Assembly (NCBI GenBank): GCA_045637705.1
Contig: JAZTZY010000013.1
Location: forward strand, 11,154-75,153
DNA: 64,000 nucleotides
Direction: 5' to 3'
Origin: Acutalibacteraceae bacterium
GTDB lineage: Bacteria > Bacillota > Clostridia > Oscillospirales > Acutalibacteraceae
The first letter of the stretch is position 1. Every line of letters starts with the position of its first letter. This document shows, piece after piece, positions 40,928 to 51,439 of the stretch. The notes under the pieces are model-generated. The model was not told the DNA's origin. It was given only the letters and a program-made list of their open reading frames with translations, and made no database searches. The position numbers and the translations under genes were made by a program.

Positions 40928-42268
40928 ATGTCAGTAAAGTTAAACGGCAAATATGTTAAGGCTTTTGTGACTGATGAAGAAATTTATTCTTATCAGGAAA
41001 AAATCACAAAGGCACACAATGACTTACACAATAAAACAGGTGCAGGCAACGATTTCACAGGTTGGGTTGACCTTCCCGTAGATTATGACAAAGAAGAATT
41101 CGAAAGAATCAAGGTTGCTGCAGATAAAATCAAAAACAACAGCGATATCCTTATTGTTATCGGTATCGGCGGCTCATACTTAGGTGCAAGAGCTGTTATC
41201 GAATTTGTAAAGAGTCAGAATTACAATGACCTTCGCAAAGGCACACCTGCTATCTATTATGCAGGCAACAGCATTTCACCCTCATATCTCAATGAGCTTC
41301 TCGAAATCATTGACGGCAAAGATTTCAGCGTCAATGTAATTTCAAAGTCAGGCACAACTACAGAGCCTGCTATTGCATTCAGAGTTTTCCGTGAGCTTCT
41401 TATTGAAAAGTACGGCAAAGACGGTGCTAAAGACAGAATCTTCGTTACCACAGACAAGGCTAAGGGTACCCTTAAAAACCTTGCTGACGAAGAAGGCTAT
41501 GAGACTTTTGTTGTACCCGACGATGTAGGCGGCAGATACTCAGTTCTCACAGCAGTAGGTCTTCTTCCCATTGCTGCTGCAGGCATCGACATCGATGCTC
41601 TTATGCAGGGTGCAGCCGATGCAAGAAGTGAACTTATGGATACAGATATCGACAAGAATGACTGCTATAAATATGTTGCTGTAAGAAATGCACTTTATAA
41701 CAAGGGCAAGAAAACAGAAATGTATATCAGCTATGAACCCTCATTCACAATGATGAACGAGTGGCTCAAGCAGCTCTTCGGCGAAAGCGAAGGCAAAGAG
41801 GGCAAGGGTCTTTTCCCCACCTCAGCAGTTTTCTCAACTGACCTTCACTCACTTGGTCAGTACATTCAGGAAGGCGAAAGAATAATGTTCGAAACCGTTG
41901 TTACATTCGCTAAACCTAAGAAAGAAATCTATATCAAAGAAGATAAAGCTAACGTTGACGGCCTCAACTTCCTTGCAGGCAAGACAATGTCATTTGTCAA
42001 CGAAAAAGCATATCAGGGCACAGTTCTCGCCCACAATGACGGCGGCGTAGCAAACATCGTTATTGAAAATGAGGATATGACAGAAAAATCACTTGGCTAT
42101 CTCATTTATTTCTTCGAGAAAGCTTGTGCAGTTTCAGGCTATGTTTTAGGCATCAATCCCTTTGACCAGCCCGGTGTTGAAAGCTACAAGAAGAATATGT
42201 TTGCGCTTTTAGGCAAACCCGGCTATGAAAATGAGAAAGAAGTACTTGAAGAAAGACTCAATAAGTGA
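40928..42268 (+). CDS. pgi: Glucose-6-phosphate isomerase
   Basis: 446 aa. [13 protein letters not shown] and the conserved PGI signatures. Confidence 0.95.
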   Translation: MSVKLNGKYVKAFVTDEEIYSYQEKITKAHNDLHNKTGAGNDFTGWVDLPVDYDKEEFERIKVAADKIKNNSDILIVIGIGGSYLGARAVIEFVKSQNYNDLRKGTPAIYYAGNSISPSYLNELLEIIDGKDFSVNVISKSGTTTEPAIAFRVFRELLIEKYGKDGAKDRIFVTTDKAKGTLKNLADEEGYETFVVPDDVGGRYSVLTAVGLLPIAAAGIDIDALMQGAADARSELMDTDIDKNDCYKYVAVRNALYNKGKKTEMYISYEPSFTMMNEWLKQLFGESEGKEGKGLFPTSAVFSTDLHSLGQYIQEGERIMFETVVTFAKPKKEIYIKEDKANVDGLNFLAGKTMSFVNEKAYQGTVLAHNDGGVANIVIENEDMTEKSLGYLIYFFEKACAVSGYVLGINPFDQPGVESYKKNMFALLGKPGYENEKEVLEERLNK

Positions 42269-42342
42269 TATAATAAAGGTGTAATTGAATAGCAGAGGTC
42301 TTCGGACATCTGCGAAGCAATAAATAAAAGGAGGAAATACAA

Positions 42343-42762
42343 ATGATTTCTATTATTTTAGGACACAAAGGTTCAGGAAAGACTAAGCGCTTGATTTCTT
42401 GCGTAAACCAGGCTGTTGAAACTTCAAAGGGTAACGTGGTTTGCATAGAGAAAGAAACCAAGTTGACATATGATGTTAATTATCAGGCAAGACTTATCGC
42501 TACTGATGATTACGAAATTAAAGGTTATGCTTCATTCTTCGGTTTCCTTGCAGGCGTATGTGCAGGCAACCACGACATCACAGACGTGCTTGTAGATGCT
42601 ACACTTCGTATCGGTGGCAGAAACTACGAAGCTCTTGCTGAATTCCTTGAGAAGGTTTACGAGCTTGCTTCAGCTCACGAAAAGAATTTCGTATTCACAA
42701 TCTCAGCTGATAAAGACGAACTCCCTGCAGCAATCTTCAACTTCTGCACAGTCCTTGAATAA
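42343..42762 (+). CDS. Small P-loop-containing protein, function unknown
   Basis: Walker-A-like GHKGSGKT near the N-terminus, 139 aa. AAGGAGG RBS. Confidence 0.45.
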   Translation: MISIILGHKGSGKTKRLISCVNQAVETSKGNVVCIEKETKLTYDVNYQARLIATDDYEIKGYASFFGFLAGVCAGNHDITDVLVDATLRIGGRNYEALAEFLEKVYELASAHEKNFVFTISADKDELPAAIFNFCTVLE

Positions 42763-42908
42763 GAACCAACTAAAAGCTGTCGCGAAAGCGGCAGCTTTAA
42801 AGTTAGGAGTTAGGGGTTGTGGGACGCGATAAACTCACGCGGAATAAACAACTCTTTTCCCGCCGAGGAAGATTGATAAACTTGGATTTGACAAAGGAGT
42901 GTGATTGT

Positions 42909-43370
42909 ATGAGCATATGTAGATTTATTGCTTCGGATTTACCTTTGCCGGAATTTGCACCATCTCAGGATTATCCAATTGAAATAAATGTTGATAATGG
43001 CACTATATATGATGGCGGTGCTGACGATAACTATTTTCTTAATACTTTTTTAAGTGTCGGGGACTATACCAATAAAAAATATGGTGTTTATCTTGAGTGG
43101 GACTATACGGACGGTAGAGCAAAACAAATCATTGAGTATATAAAAGCTGCTTTACAGAACACTGATGCCGTAGAGTTTTGGCATGTATGGTTGATGGATT
43201 ATTATGAATTTGAGGAGAGACCTTTCATTCACAGAAAAACAATTTTCATTGATGAACTGACCACAGAGAATATTAAAGATATAAATGATGCAAATGTGTG
43301 GAATAAACCCGATAAAATGTATCCTGACAGACCATCATTCTATTGCTTAACAATAACACGATGTGATTAA
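42909..43370 (+). CDS. Hypothetical protein
   Basis: AAGGAG RBS 10 nt upstream of the ATG. 153 aa, Trp/Tyr/Asp-rich, no recognisable motifs. Confidence 0.4.
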   Translation: MSICRFIASDLPLPEFAPSQDYPIEINVDNGTIYDGGADDNYFLNTFLSVGDYTNKKYGVYLEWDYTDGRAKQIIEYIKAALQNTDAVEFWHVWLMDYYEFEERPFIHRKTIFIDELTTENIKDINDANVWNKPDKMYPDRPSFYCLTITRCD

Positions 43371-43402
43371 TAAATGCCAATTTAAAAGCGAGGGAAACAA
43401 AA

Positions 43403-44002
43403 ATGACTTACGAATATGAAAAACAAGCTCTCGATGAGGGATACAAAGTAGTCTGTGGCGTTGACGAAGCAGGCAGAGGACCTCTCTGCGGTCCTGTCTG
43501 TGCTGCTGCAGTTATCTTGCCTCTTGACTGCGAAATCGAGGGTATCAACGACTCCAAAAAGCTCAGCGAAAAGAAACGCGATATGCTCTATGATATCATA
43601 AAAGAAAAGGCTCTGGCATATTCTGTAGTGATGGTTGATGCTAAAACTATCGACGAAATCAATATTCTGCAGGCTACATTCAAAGCTATGCGCGAAGCTG
43701 TGGAGGGCCTGAGTATCAAAGCTGATATCGCACTCATCGACGGCAACCAGAAGCCCGGTCTTTCCATTGAGCAGCGCACTCTCGTTAAGGGTGATGCCAA
43801 GAGTGTATCTATCGCGGCGGCTTCAATTCTCGCAAAGGTTACCCGTGACAGATATTGCCTTGAAATGGATGAAAAGTACCCCGAGTACCAATTTGCAAAG
43901 CACAAGGGCTACGGCACAAAGCTCCACTATGAAATGATAGCTGAGCACGGCATCTGCCCTGAGCACAGACGCACTTTCCTGAAGAAAATTTTAGGTGAGT
44001 GA
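43403..44002 (+). CDS. rnhB: Ribonuclease HII
   Basis: VVCGVDEAGRGPLCGPV and the DxK catalytic residues. Confidence 0.9.
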   Translation: MTYEYEKQALDEGYKVVCGVDEAGRGPLCGPVCAAAVILPLDCEIEGINDSKKLSEKKRDMLYDIIKEKALAYSVVMVDAKTIDEINILQATFKAMREAVEGLSIKADIALIDGNQKPGLSIEQRTLVKGDAKSVSIAAASILAKVTRDRYCLEMDEKYPEYQFAKHKGYGTKLHYEMIAEHGICPEHRRTFLKKILGE

Positions 44003-44390
44003 TATGGGTACGAAACAAATCGGCGACTTAGGTGAAAGTTTCGCCGCAAAGCTATATGAAAAGCTCGGTTTTACCGTTACGGCGAGGAATTATCATTCTC
44101 GCTACGGTGAGATTGATGTTATAGCTGAAAACAGCGACACACTTTGTTTTATCGAGGTCAAGACCCGCAAACAGGCTTCTATGGGCACCCCTGCCGAGGC
44201 GGTAGATTCACGCAAAAGAAAAAAGCTGACTCTCACAGCTATGAAGTATCTCGGTGAAAATGAATGCTTTAAACAGCCGCGTTTTGATGTTGTGGAAGTG
44301 TGGCAGCAGGATGGAAAAATCATCAGTTACAACCTTATAGAAAATGCCTTCTGGGCAGAAGATTTCGGGGGACAGTATGAGATATTCTGA
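43995..44390 (+). CDS. yraN: YraN-family (UPF0102) endonuclease
   Basis: GEIDVIAENSDTLCFIEVKTRK PD-(D/E)xK motif. Overlaps the rnhB stop. Confidence 0.8.
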   Translation: MSDMGTKQIGDLGESFAAKLYEKLGFTVTARNYHSRYGEIDVIAENSDTLCFIEVKTRKQASMGTPAEAVDSRKRKKLTLTAMKYLGENECFKQPRFDVVEVWQQDGKIISYNLIENAFWAEDFGGQYEIF

Positions 44391-45249
44391 CCTGCACTGC
44401 GACACTGTCAGCAGAGCTTATAAAGAAAACAAGTCGCTTTATGACGGCGATTTGCAGATAAATGCAGTCAAAAGCAAAAATATTGAAAAGTACGAGCAGT
44501 ATTTCGCACTGTGGCTCAGTGATGAGCTTCGGGGAAAGGCTGCTTTTTCTTTATGCAAAAATATGCTCGACTATTATGAAAACGAAATGAAACCTATCAT
44601 ATCCAAACGTACCAATATATCCGCACATCTATCAGTAGAAAACGCCTCGGCTCTCGGAGGTGACCTTGATAACATAGCTTATTTCGGCAGCAGAGGAGTA
44701 GAAATTATGAGCCTTACCTGGAACGGTGAAAACGACCTTGCTTCAGGGGTTAATGTCAAAGGTGGGCTCAAACCCTTGGGCAGAGACGCCGTCAGGGAAA
44801 TGGCAAGGCAGAATATAACTCTTGATGTATCACACTTGAACGAGCGAGGATTTTATGAGGTGTGCCTCATTGACAGCATTAAAATCATTGCAACTCACAG
44901 CAATTGCTATGACATCTGCCCACACATCCGCAATCTCAAAAAGTGGCAGATTAAAGAGATAATCAGCCGAGGGGGACTCATCGGACTTAACTTCTATCCC
45001 ACATTTTTAGGGTGGGGGAGAGTCTTTGAGAAAATCAGGGAGAATATTGAATATCTGCTGTCTCTTGGCGGTGAAAACTCAATAGCTTTCGGCAGTGACT
45101 TCGACGGGGCGGAGATGTCAGAAGAGCTTGACGGCATTGATAAGGTGGGGGACTTGTATGAATATCTTTCGGGGCATGGATTTGATAGTGAGTTGTTGGA
45201 TAAGATTTTTTATAGAAATGCTGTAAGAATTATGAATTATGAATTATGA
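44377..45249 (+). CDS. Membrane dipeptidase (M19 family)
   Basis: YSDLHCDT N-terminus, HxD and HLNERG motifs. ATG at 44377. Confidence 0.75.
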   Translation: MRYSDLHCDTVSRAYKENKSLYDGDLQINAVKSKNIEKYEQYFALWLSDELRGKAAFSLCKNMLDYYENEMKPIISKRTNISAHLSVENASALGGDLDNIAYFGSRGVEIMSLTWNGENDLASGVNVKGGLKPLGRDAVREMARQNITLDVSHLNERGFYEVCLIDSIKIIATHSNCYDICPHIRNLKKWQIKEIISRGGLIGLNFYPTFLGWGRVFEKIRENIEYLLSLGGENSIAFGSDFDGAEMSEELDGIDKVGDLYEYLSGHGFDSELLDKIFYRNAVRIMNYEL

Positions 45250-45261
45250 ATTATGAATTGT
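45227..45261. repeat. Heptamer tandem repeat (GAATTAT)x4 plus GAATTGT
   Basis: Read directly. Overlaps the last seven codons and the stop of the dipeptidase gene. Confidence 0.8.
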
Positions 45262-45439
45262 AGCGCATTTCGCTCAATTGCGAATGAAATGCAAAATGAC
45301 TCCCTCCGTCACTTCGTGACAGCTCCCTCTGGGAGCAACTCCTAACTCCTAACTTATTTCATAATTATTCTTTACTTTTTCGTTTTAATGTGTTACAATA
45401 AACCGATTATAATTCTCTGAAAATAATGGAGGTATAAAA

Positions 45440-46930
45440 ATGCTTTATACAAGTACAAGAGATAAAAGCGTAAAAGTAACTTCAGCTCAGGCTATTGCTC
45501 AGGGTATCTCAAAAGACGGCGGTCTTTTCGTGCCTGAATCAATTCCTGCAATTTCAAAGGAGTTTGTTGACTCTCTCGTAGGTCTTGACTATATCTCAAG
45601 AGCTAAGAAAGTCCTCTCACTTTATCTTACAGATTACACCGAAGACGAAATCGATATGTGTGTCAGTGGCGCTTATGCTAAGGGCAAATTCTCAAGCGAT
45701 AAGGTGTCACCTATCAAGACTATCGCTGAGGGTAAAAACATTCTCGAGCTCTGGAGAGGTCCCACTTGCGCATTTAAGGATATGGCTCTTCAGCTTCTTC
45801 CTTATCTTCTCACAACTGCCGCTAAAAAGACAGTTGCAGATAAGACTATCGTTATCCTTGTTGCTACCTCAGGTGACACAGGTAAGGCTGCACTTGAAGG
45901 CTTCAAAGATGTACCGGGCACAAAGATTATGGTATTCTATCCCAACGACGGCGTAAGCCCCATGCAGAAGCTTCAGATGACAACTCAGGCCGGCGAAAAT
46001 GTTGCAGTTTGCGCTATCAACGGCAACTTTGACGATGCACAGAGCGGTGTTAAGAAAATCTTCACTGATAAAGAAGTTGCAGCCAAACTCGACGAAAAGG
46101 GTATGATGTTCTCATCAGCCAACTCAATCAACTGGGGCAGACTTGTTCCTCAGATTGTTTACTACATCAGCGCATACTGCGACCTTATCGAAAACGGTAC
46201 CATCAAAAACGGCGACGAAGTCAATGTTGTTGTGCCTACAGGTAACTTCGGTAATATCCTCGCTGCATACTATGCTAAGAAGATGGGCATTCCTTTCGGC
46301 AAGCTTATCTGTGCTTCAAATGCCAATAATGTACTCACCGACTTCCTCAAGACAGGCGTTTATGACAGAAACAGAAAGTTCTTCACAACAACTTCACCCT
46401 CAATGGATATTCTTATTTCATCAAACCTTGAAAGACTTCTCTATCACCTTACAGACGAAAATGCTGAAGCTGTAAGCGAGTGGATGGGTCAGCTCTCATC
46501 AGAGGGCAAATACACTGTATGTGATAAAGTCAAGGCTCTTATCACCGACCTCTTTGATGCAGGTTGCTGTGATGATAAGGACACTGCCGAAACAATCAGT
46601 GCTACTTATAAAGACGGATATCTTCTTGATACTCACACTGCTGTAGCCGTTAAGGTTTATGACGAGTATGTAAAGGCAACAGGCGATAAGAAAGAAACAA
46701 TCATTGCCTCAACAGCGAATCCCTATAAGTTCTCGGCAGCGGTACTCGGCGCTGTGGCAGAAGTGCCCGCAGATGCTGATGAATTCCGTCAGGTTGAGCT
46801 TCTCAGAGAAGCAACAGGTGAAGAGTGTCCTGAACAGCTTGCAAATCTCAAGGGTAAGACTCCGAGATTTACCGATTGCTGTGACAAAGAAGATATGATT
46901 AACAAGGTTTATGCTATGCTCGGCATTTAA
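45440..46930 (+). CDS. thrC: Threonine synthase
   Basis: 496 aa. PLP-lysine motif CAFKDMALQ and the long-form ThrC N-terminus MLYTSTRDK. Confidence 0.9.
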   Translation: MLYTSTRDKSVKVTSAQAIAQGISKDGGLFVPESIPAISKEFVDSLVGLDYISRAKKVLSLYLTDYTEDEIDMCVSGAYAKGKFSSDKVSPIKTIAEGKNILELWRGPTCAFKDMALQLLPYLLTTAAKKTVADKTIVILVATSGDTGKAALEGFKDVPGTKIMVFYPNDGVSPMQKLQMTTQAGENVAVCAINGNFDDAQSGVKKIFTDKEVAAKLDEKGMMFSSANSINWGRLVPQIVYYISAYCDLIENGTIKNGDEVNVVVPTGNFGNILAAYYAKKMGIPFGKLICASNANNVLTDFLKTGVYDRNRKFFTTTSPSMDILISSNLERLLYHLTDENAEAVSEWMGQLSSEGKYTVCDKVKALITDLFDAGCCDDKDTAETISATYKDGYLLDTHTAVAVKVYDEYVKATGDKKETIIASTANPYKFSAAVLGAVAEVPADADEFRQVELLREATGEECPEQLANLKGKTPRFTDCCDKEDMINKVYAMLGI

Positions 46931-46943
46931 GAGGTGAGCTCTT

Positions 46944-47636
46944 TTGTCAATATTTACAATAGCAGACACACACTTATCTCTCAGTGACGATAAGCCTATG
47001 GATATTTTCGGTGGCTGGCAGGACTATGTCACAAGACTCGAAAGCAATTGGAAAAGCCTTGTCAGTGATGATGATACCGTCATAATCCCCGGTGATATAT
47101 CCTGGGCTATGAGCCTTGAGGGTGCTGAAAAGGATTTCAGGTTTATTCATAATCTGCCGGGGAAAAAGATTATCCTCAAAGGCAATCACGACTATTGGTG
47201 GAACACAAAAAGAAAAATGGATGCCTGGCTCCAAAACGAAAAGCTTGACACAATCAGCATACTTCATAATAACGCCTTTAAGGTTGGCGACTATGTTATT
47301 TGCGGCACGAGAGGCTGGTTCTACGATGCGGAAAAAAGCGCTGATATGAAAGTTCTTCTTCGCGAGGCTTCAAGACTTGAGCGCTCTATCGAAGAGGGCA
47401 AAAAGCTCGGAGAAAACCTGATAGTTTTTCTTCATTATCCGCCGGTAACACAGTCTCAGAAGTGTCAGGAGATATTTGATGTGCTGAAAAAACACGATAT
47501 AAAACGCTGTTATTACGGTCACTTACACGGTGAATCCACCCGTTACAGTGTGAATGAAACAGTGGATGGCATTAAATTTTCGCTGATTTCTGCAGATTTT
47601 CTCAGTTTTTGCCCTCAATTAGTGGAAAAATTTTGA
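46944..47636 (+). CDS. Metallophosphoesterase (calcineurin-like)
   Basis: IADTHLS, IPGDISW and GNHDYWW metal-binding motifs. TTG start after AGAGGTGA. Confidence 0.7.
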   Translation: MSIFTIADTHLSLSDDKPMDIFGGWQDYVTRLESNWKSLVSDDDTVIIPGDISWAMSLEGAEKDFRFIHNLPGKKIILKGNHDYWWNTKRKMDAWLQNEKLDTISILHNNAFKVGDYVICGTRGWFYDAEKSADMKVLLREASRLERSIEEGKKLGENLIVFLHYPPVTQSQKCQEIFDVLKKHDIKRCYYGHLHGESTRYSVNETVDGIKFSLISADFLSFCPQLVEKF

Positions 47637-47726
47637 AAAAACTATGGAAATTTAAAAACAATGCTGATATAATATATGGGTTAAAATGCAAGTGGGCGTA
47701 TAAAGCTCACGGATAGGAGTTTTGAA

Positions 47727-49052
47727 ATGAGTTTAAAATCATCAAACAACGTTGAAACAAATGTTTACGCTCTCGAGATCGAGATCGACGCAGCTACTTT
47801 TGAAGCTGCTCAGAACAAAGCCTTCAATAAGCAGAAGGGCAAGATTCAGCTTCCCGGCTTCCGTAAGGGTAAGGTAACACGCAAAATGGCTGAAAACTTC
47901 TTCGGCAAGGGCTGGCTCTATGAAGACGCTCTTGATCTTTGCTTCGGCGAAGCTGTTGAAGAAGCAGTTAAAGAAGCAGGCCTCGATATGGTTGGCACAA
48001 AGACAGCTGACGTTAAGGAAATCGGCGAAAACGGTGTAACAATGACAGTTGAAATCTTTGTTAAACCTGACGTAGAAATCACAGAGTACAAAGAACTCAA
48101 GGCTACAAAGAAAAAGGTAGAAGCTACTGACGAAGAAGTAGACCAGAGAATCGAAGAACTCAAAGAAAGAAACGCTCGTCTTGTTTCAATCGAAGACAGA
48201 GCAGTTGTAGACGGTGACATCACAGTTATCGACTTCGAAGGTTTTGTTGACGGCGTAGCATTTGAAGGCGGCAAGGGCGAAAACTATGAACTTACAATCG
48301 GTTCAGGTCAGTTCATCCCCGGCTTTGAAGAGCAGATTATCGGTCACACTCTCGGTGAAGAATTTGATGTTAACGTTAAGTTCCCCACAGAGTACACTCC
48401 CGAACTTGCTGACAAGGATGCTGTATTCAAGATTAAGCTTCACGAAATCAAGGTTAAGGAACTTCCCGAAGTTGATGACGACTTCGCTCAGGAAGCAGCA
48501 GACTGCGATACAGTTGCTGACCTTAAGAAGCAGATCAAAGAAGAAATCAAGAACCACAAAGAGCACGAGAATGAGAAAGAAATCGAAACTCAGCTTCTCG
48601 ACAAGCTTGCTGAAAACGTAAAGGGCGAAATCCCCGAAGTTATGGTTGACAACGAAATCAACGGCCAGATCAGAGACATCGACTACAGACTCAGCATGCA
48701 GGGTATGAACTTCGAAACATATCTTCAGTATATGGGTATGACAGTTGATATGTATAAGGAACAGGCTAAGGAAGCTGCTCTCAAGAACGTTAAGATCCGT
48801 CTTGCTCTTGAAAAGATTGCTGTTCTTGAAAGCCTTGAAGTTTCAGATGAAGAACTCGATGCTGAATACACCAAGTTTGCTGAGCAGTACGGCATGGAAG
48901 TAGACAAGATCAAGGAAGTTGTTCCTGCTGACGGTCTCAAGGCTGATATGCTCAAGGAAAAAGCAATCACTTTTGTTAAGGATAATGCTAAGGTTACAAC
49001 AGCAAGAAAGCCCAGAGCTAAGAAAGAAGAAGCTTCTGCTGATGCTGAATAA
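47727..49052 (+). CDS. tig: Trigger factor
   Basis: GFRKGKV signature, 441 aa, tig-clpP-clpX synteny. Confidence 0.95.
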   Translation: MSLKSSNNVETNVYALEIEIDAATFEAAQNKAFNKQKGKIQLPGFRKGKVTRKMAENFFGKGWLYEDALDLCFGEAVEEAVKEAGLDMVGTKTADVKEIGENGVTMTVEIFVKPDVEITEYKELKATKKKVEATDEEVDQRIEELKERNARLVSIEDRAVVDGDITVIDFEGFVDGVAFEGGKGENYELTIGSGQFIPGFEEQIIGHTLGEEFDVNVKFPTEYTPELADKDAVFKIKLHEIKVKELPEVDDDFAQEAADCDTVADLKKQIKEEIKNHKEHENEKEIETQLLDKLAENVKGEIPEVMVDNEINGQIRDIDYRLSMQGMNFETYLQYMGMTVDMYKEQAKEAALKNVKIRLALEKIAVLESLEVSDEELDAEYTKFAEQYGMEVDKIKEVVPADGLKADMLKEKAITFVKDNAKVTTARKPRAKKEEASADAE

Positions 49053-49158
49053 TCTTAAGTGATTATTTAAGGTTAATTTAACACAGAATATTTATAATGA
49101 TGTGGAACTGGCTGAAATTGTCAGTTCCACAATTGCAATATTATTTAGGAGGTATAAT

Positions 49159-49741
49159 TATGCCATTAGTACCTTATGTTGTAGAACAGACAAATCGCGG
49201 TGAAAGACAGTATGACATCTATTCACGCCTTTTAAACGACAGAATTATTGTGCTTTCAGACGAGGTTAACGACGCAACTGCAAGCCTTGTTGTTGCTCAG
49301 ATGCTTTTCCTTGAAAGCCAGGACAGCGAAAAGGATATCAGCTTTTATATCAACAGCCCCGGCGGAAGTGTAACTGCAGGTATGGCTATCTATGATACAA
49401 TGCAGTATATCAAGTGTGATGTTTCAACTATCTGTATGGGTATGGCTGCAAGTATGGGCGCATTCCTTCTTTCCTCAGGTGCAAAGGGCAAGAGATACGT
49501 TCTCCCCAATGCTGAAGTTATGATTCATCAGCCTTCAGGCGGTGCAAAGGGTCAGGCTACAGATATCAAGATTGTTGCTGACCACATTCTCAGAACCAAA
49601 GCAAAGCTCAACAAGATTCTTGCCGAAAACACAGGCAAGCCTATTGATGTTATCGCTGCAGATACAGAGCGCGACAACTTTATGACAGCTGAAGAGGCTC
49701 TCGAATACGGTCTTGTTGATAAGATTATGTATAAAAGATAA
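49159..49741 (+). CDS. clpP: ATP-dependent Clp protease proteolytic subunit
   Basis: [25 protein letters not shown] with catalytic Ser ([13 protein letters not shown]) and His motifs. AGGAGG RBS. Confidence 0.95.
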
Positions 49742-49760
49742 TTTAAAGAGGTAATTATAT

Positions 49761-51056
49761 ATGGCAAGAGATGGTGACATCAAAGACAAGTCCGTAAGAT
49801 GTTCCTTTTGCGGAAAACTTCAGAGTGACGTCAAGTCCTTGATTGCCGGTCCCGGTGTATATATCTGCGATCAGTGTGTAGCTCTTTGCGAAGATATTAT
49901 AGCTGATATGGACGAGGAAAAGACCAAAGAAAGCGAGCTTGACTTCACTTCTCTCAAAAAGCCTCAGGAAATCAAAGCGAAGCTTGATGAATATGTAATC
50001 GGTCAGGAAGAGGCTAAAAAGGCTCTCAGCGTTGCCGTTTACAATCACTATAAGAGAATATATACAGGCAGCAAAGGCGATGTTGAGGTCAGCAAGAGTA
50101 ACATTCTTATGCTCGGTCCCACCGGTGTTGGTAAGACAATGCTTGCTCAGACCCTTGCGAGAATTCTTGATGTACCTTTTGCAATTGCCGATGCGACAAC
50201 TCTCACCGAAGCAGGTTATGTCGGTGAAGACGTTGAAAATATTCTTTTAAGACTTATTCAGGCTGCTGATTTTGATGTTGAGAGAGCAGAAAAAGGTATT
50301 ATCTATGTCGATGAAATTGACAAGATTGCCCGTAAGAGCGAAAGCACCTCAATTACCCGTGACGTAAGCGGTGAGGGTGTGCAGCAGGCTCTTCTCAAGA
50401 TTCTTGAGGGTACTGTTTCAAATGTGCCTCCTCAGGGCGGCAGAAAGCATCCTCAGCAGGAATTTATACAGATTGATACATCAAATATTCTTTTCATCTG
50501 CGCAGGTGCTTTCGACGGTATCGAGAAGCAGGTTGAAAAAAGACTCGGCAACTCAGGTATGGGCTTCGGCGCTAAGATAAAGAGCAAAGACGAATATGCC
50601 AAAGATAAGGTTATGCATAAGGTTATTCACCATGACCTTGTCAAGTTCGGACTTATCCCCGAGCTTGTTGGCCGACTTCCCGTTATTACAGCTCTCGACA
50701 ATCTTGACGAAGATGCTCTTGTAAAAATTATGACTGAGCCTAAAAATGCTCTCACAAAGCAGTATCAGTATCTTTTCGGTATTGACGGTATCGAGCTCAG
50801 ATTTGATGAAGATGCTCTCAGAAGCATCGCCAAGAGTACCCTCGAAGCAGGCACAGGTGCCCGCGGTCTTCGCTCAGTAATTGAAAAACTTCTTATGGAA
50901 TATATGTATTCATTCCCCTCAAGCGGAAAGACAGGTGTTCTCACTGTGACTAAGGATACAGTTGAAAACGGTGCAGATCCCATTTTTGAAGAAAAAGATA
51001 TCGCTCAGATAAAAAATGTAAAGATACCTTTGCCTAAACGCAAAAAGTCTGAATAA
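49761..51056 (+). CDS. clpX: ATP-dependent Clp protease ATP-binding subunit ClpX
   Basis: Zn-finger CSFCGK...CDQC, Walker A GPTGVGKT, 431 aa. Confidence 0.95.
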   Translation: MARDGDIKDKSVRCSFCGKLQSDVKSLIAGPGVYICDQCVALCEDIIADMDEEKTKESELDFTSLKKPQEIKAKLDEYVIGQEEAKKALSVAVYNHYKRIYTGSKGDVEVSKSNILMLGPTGVGKTMLAQTLARILDVPFAIADATTLTEAGYVGEDVENILLRLIQAADFDVERAEKGIIYVDEIDKIARKSESTSITRDVSGEGVQQALLKILEGTVSNVPPQGGRKHPQQEFIQIDTSNILFICAGAFDGIEKQVEKRLGNSGMGFGAKIKSKDEYAKDKVMHKVIHHDLVKFGLIPELVGRLPVITALDNLDEDALVKIMTEPKNALTKQYQYLFGIDGIELRFDEDALRSIAKSTLEAGTGARGLRSVIEKLLMEYMYSFPSSGKTGVLTVTKDTVENGADPIFEEKDIAQIKNVKIPLPKRKKSE

Positions 51057-51123
51057 GCTATTGACTTTTTGTGTCGGCTTGTGTTAAAATACCATAGTAT
51101 AAAAATTTCGGAGGTTTAATCTC

Positions 51124-51372
51124 ATGACAGCTCTTCAGTATGTATTAGCGATTGTTATTATACTTGTTTCTATTGCAATCATTGCTTTAGTTATGCTTCA
51201 GGAAGGCAAACAGCAGGGTCTCGGTGCTATCGCAGGTGCCGCTGATAACTTCTTCGGTAAGAATAAGGGTAAGACTATGGATGCTCAGCTTGCAAAGTTT
51301 ACAAAGATTTGCGGTGTTGTATTCTTCATTCTTGCACTTGTAGCTTCACTTCTCGTTCTTTTCGGTGCATAA
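51124..51372 (+). CDS. secG: Preprotein translocase subunit SecG
   Basis: 82 aa, two TM helices, LQEGKQQGLGAIAGAAD signature. Confidence 0.85.
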   Translation: MTALQYVLAIVIILVSIAIIALVMLQEGKQQGLGAIAGAADNFFGKNKGKTMDAQLAKFTKICGVVFFILALVASLLVLFGA

Positions 51373-51392
51373 GAAATATTAAACAATCAACA

Positions 51393-51428
51393 AAAGGCGA
51401 ACCAATCGGTTCGCCTTAATTTTTTTAT
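51393..51428 (+). terminator. Rho-independent terminator
   Basis: aaggcgaacc-aatc-ggttcgcctt plus TTTTTTT. Confidence 0.7.
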
Positions 51429-51439
51429 AGTGAGTGCAA

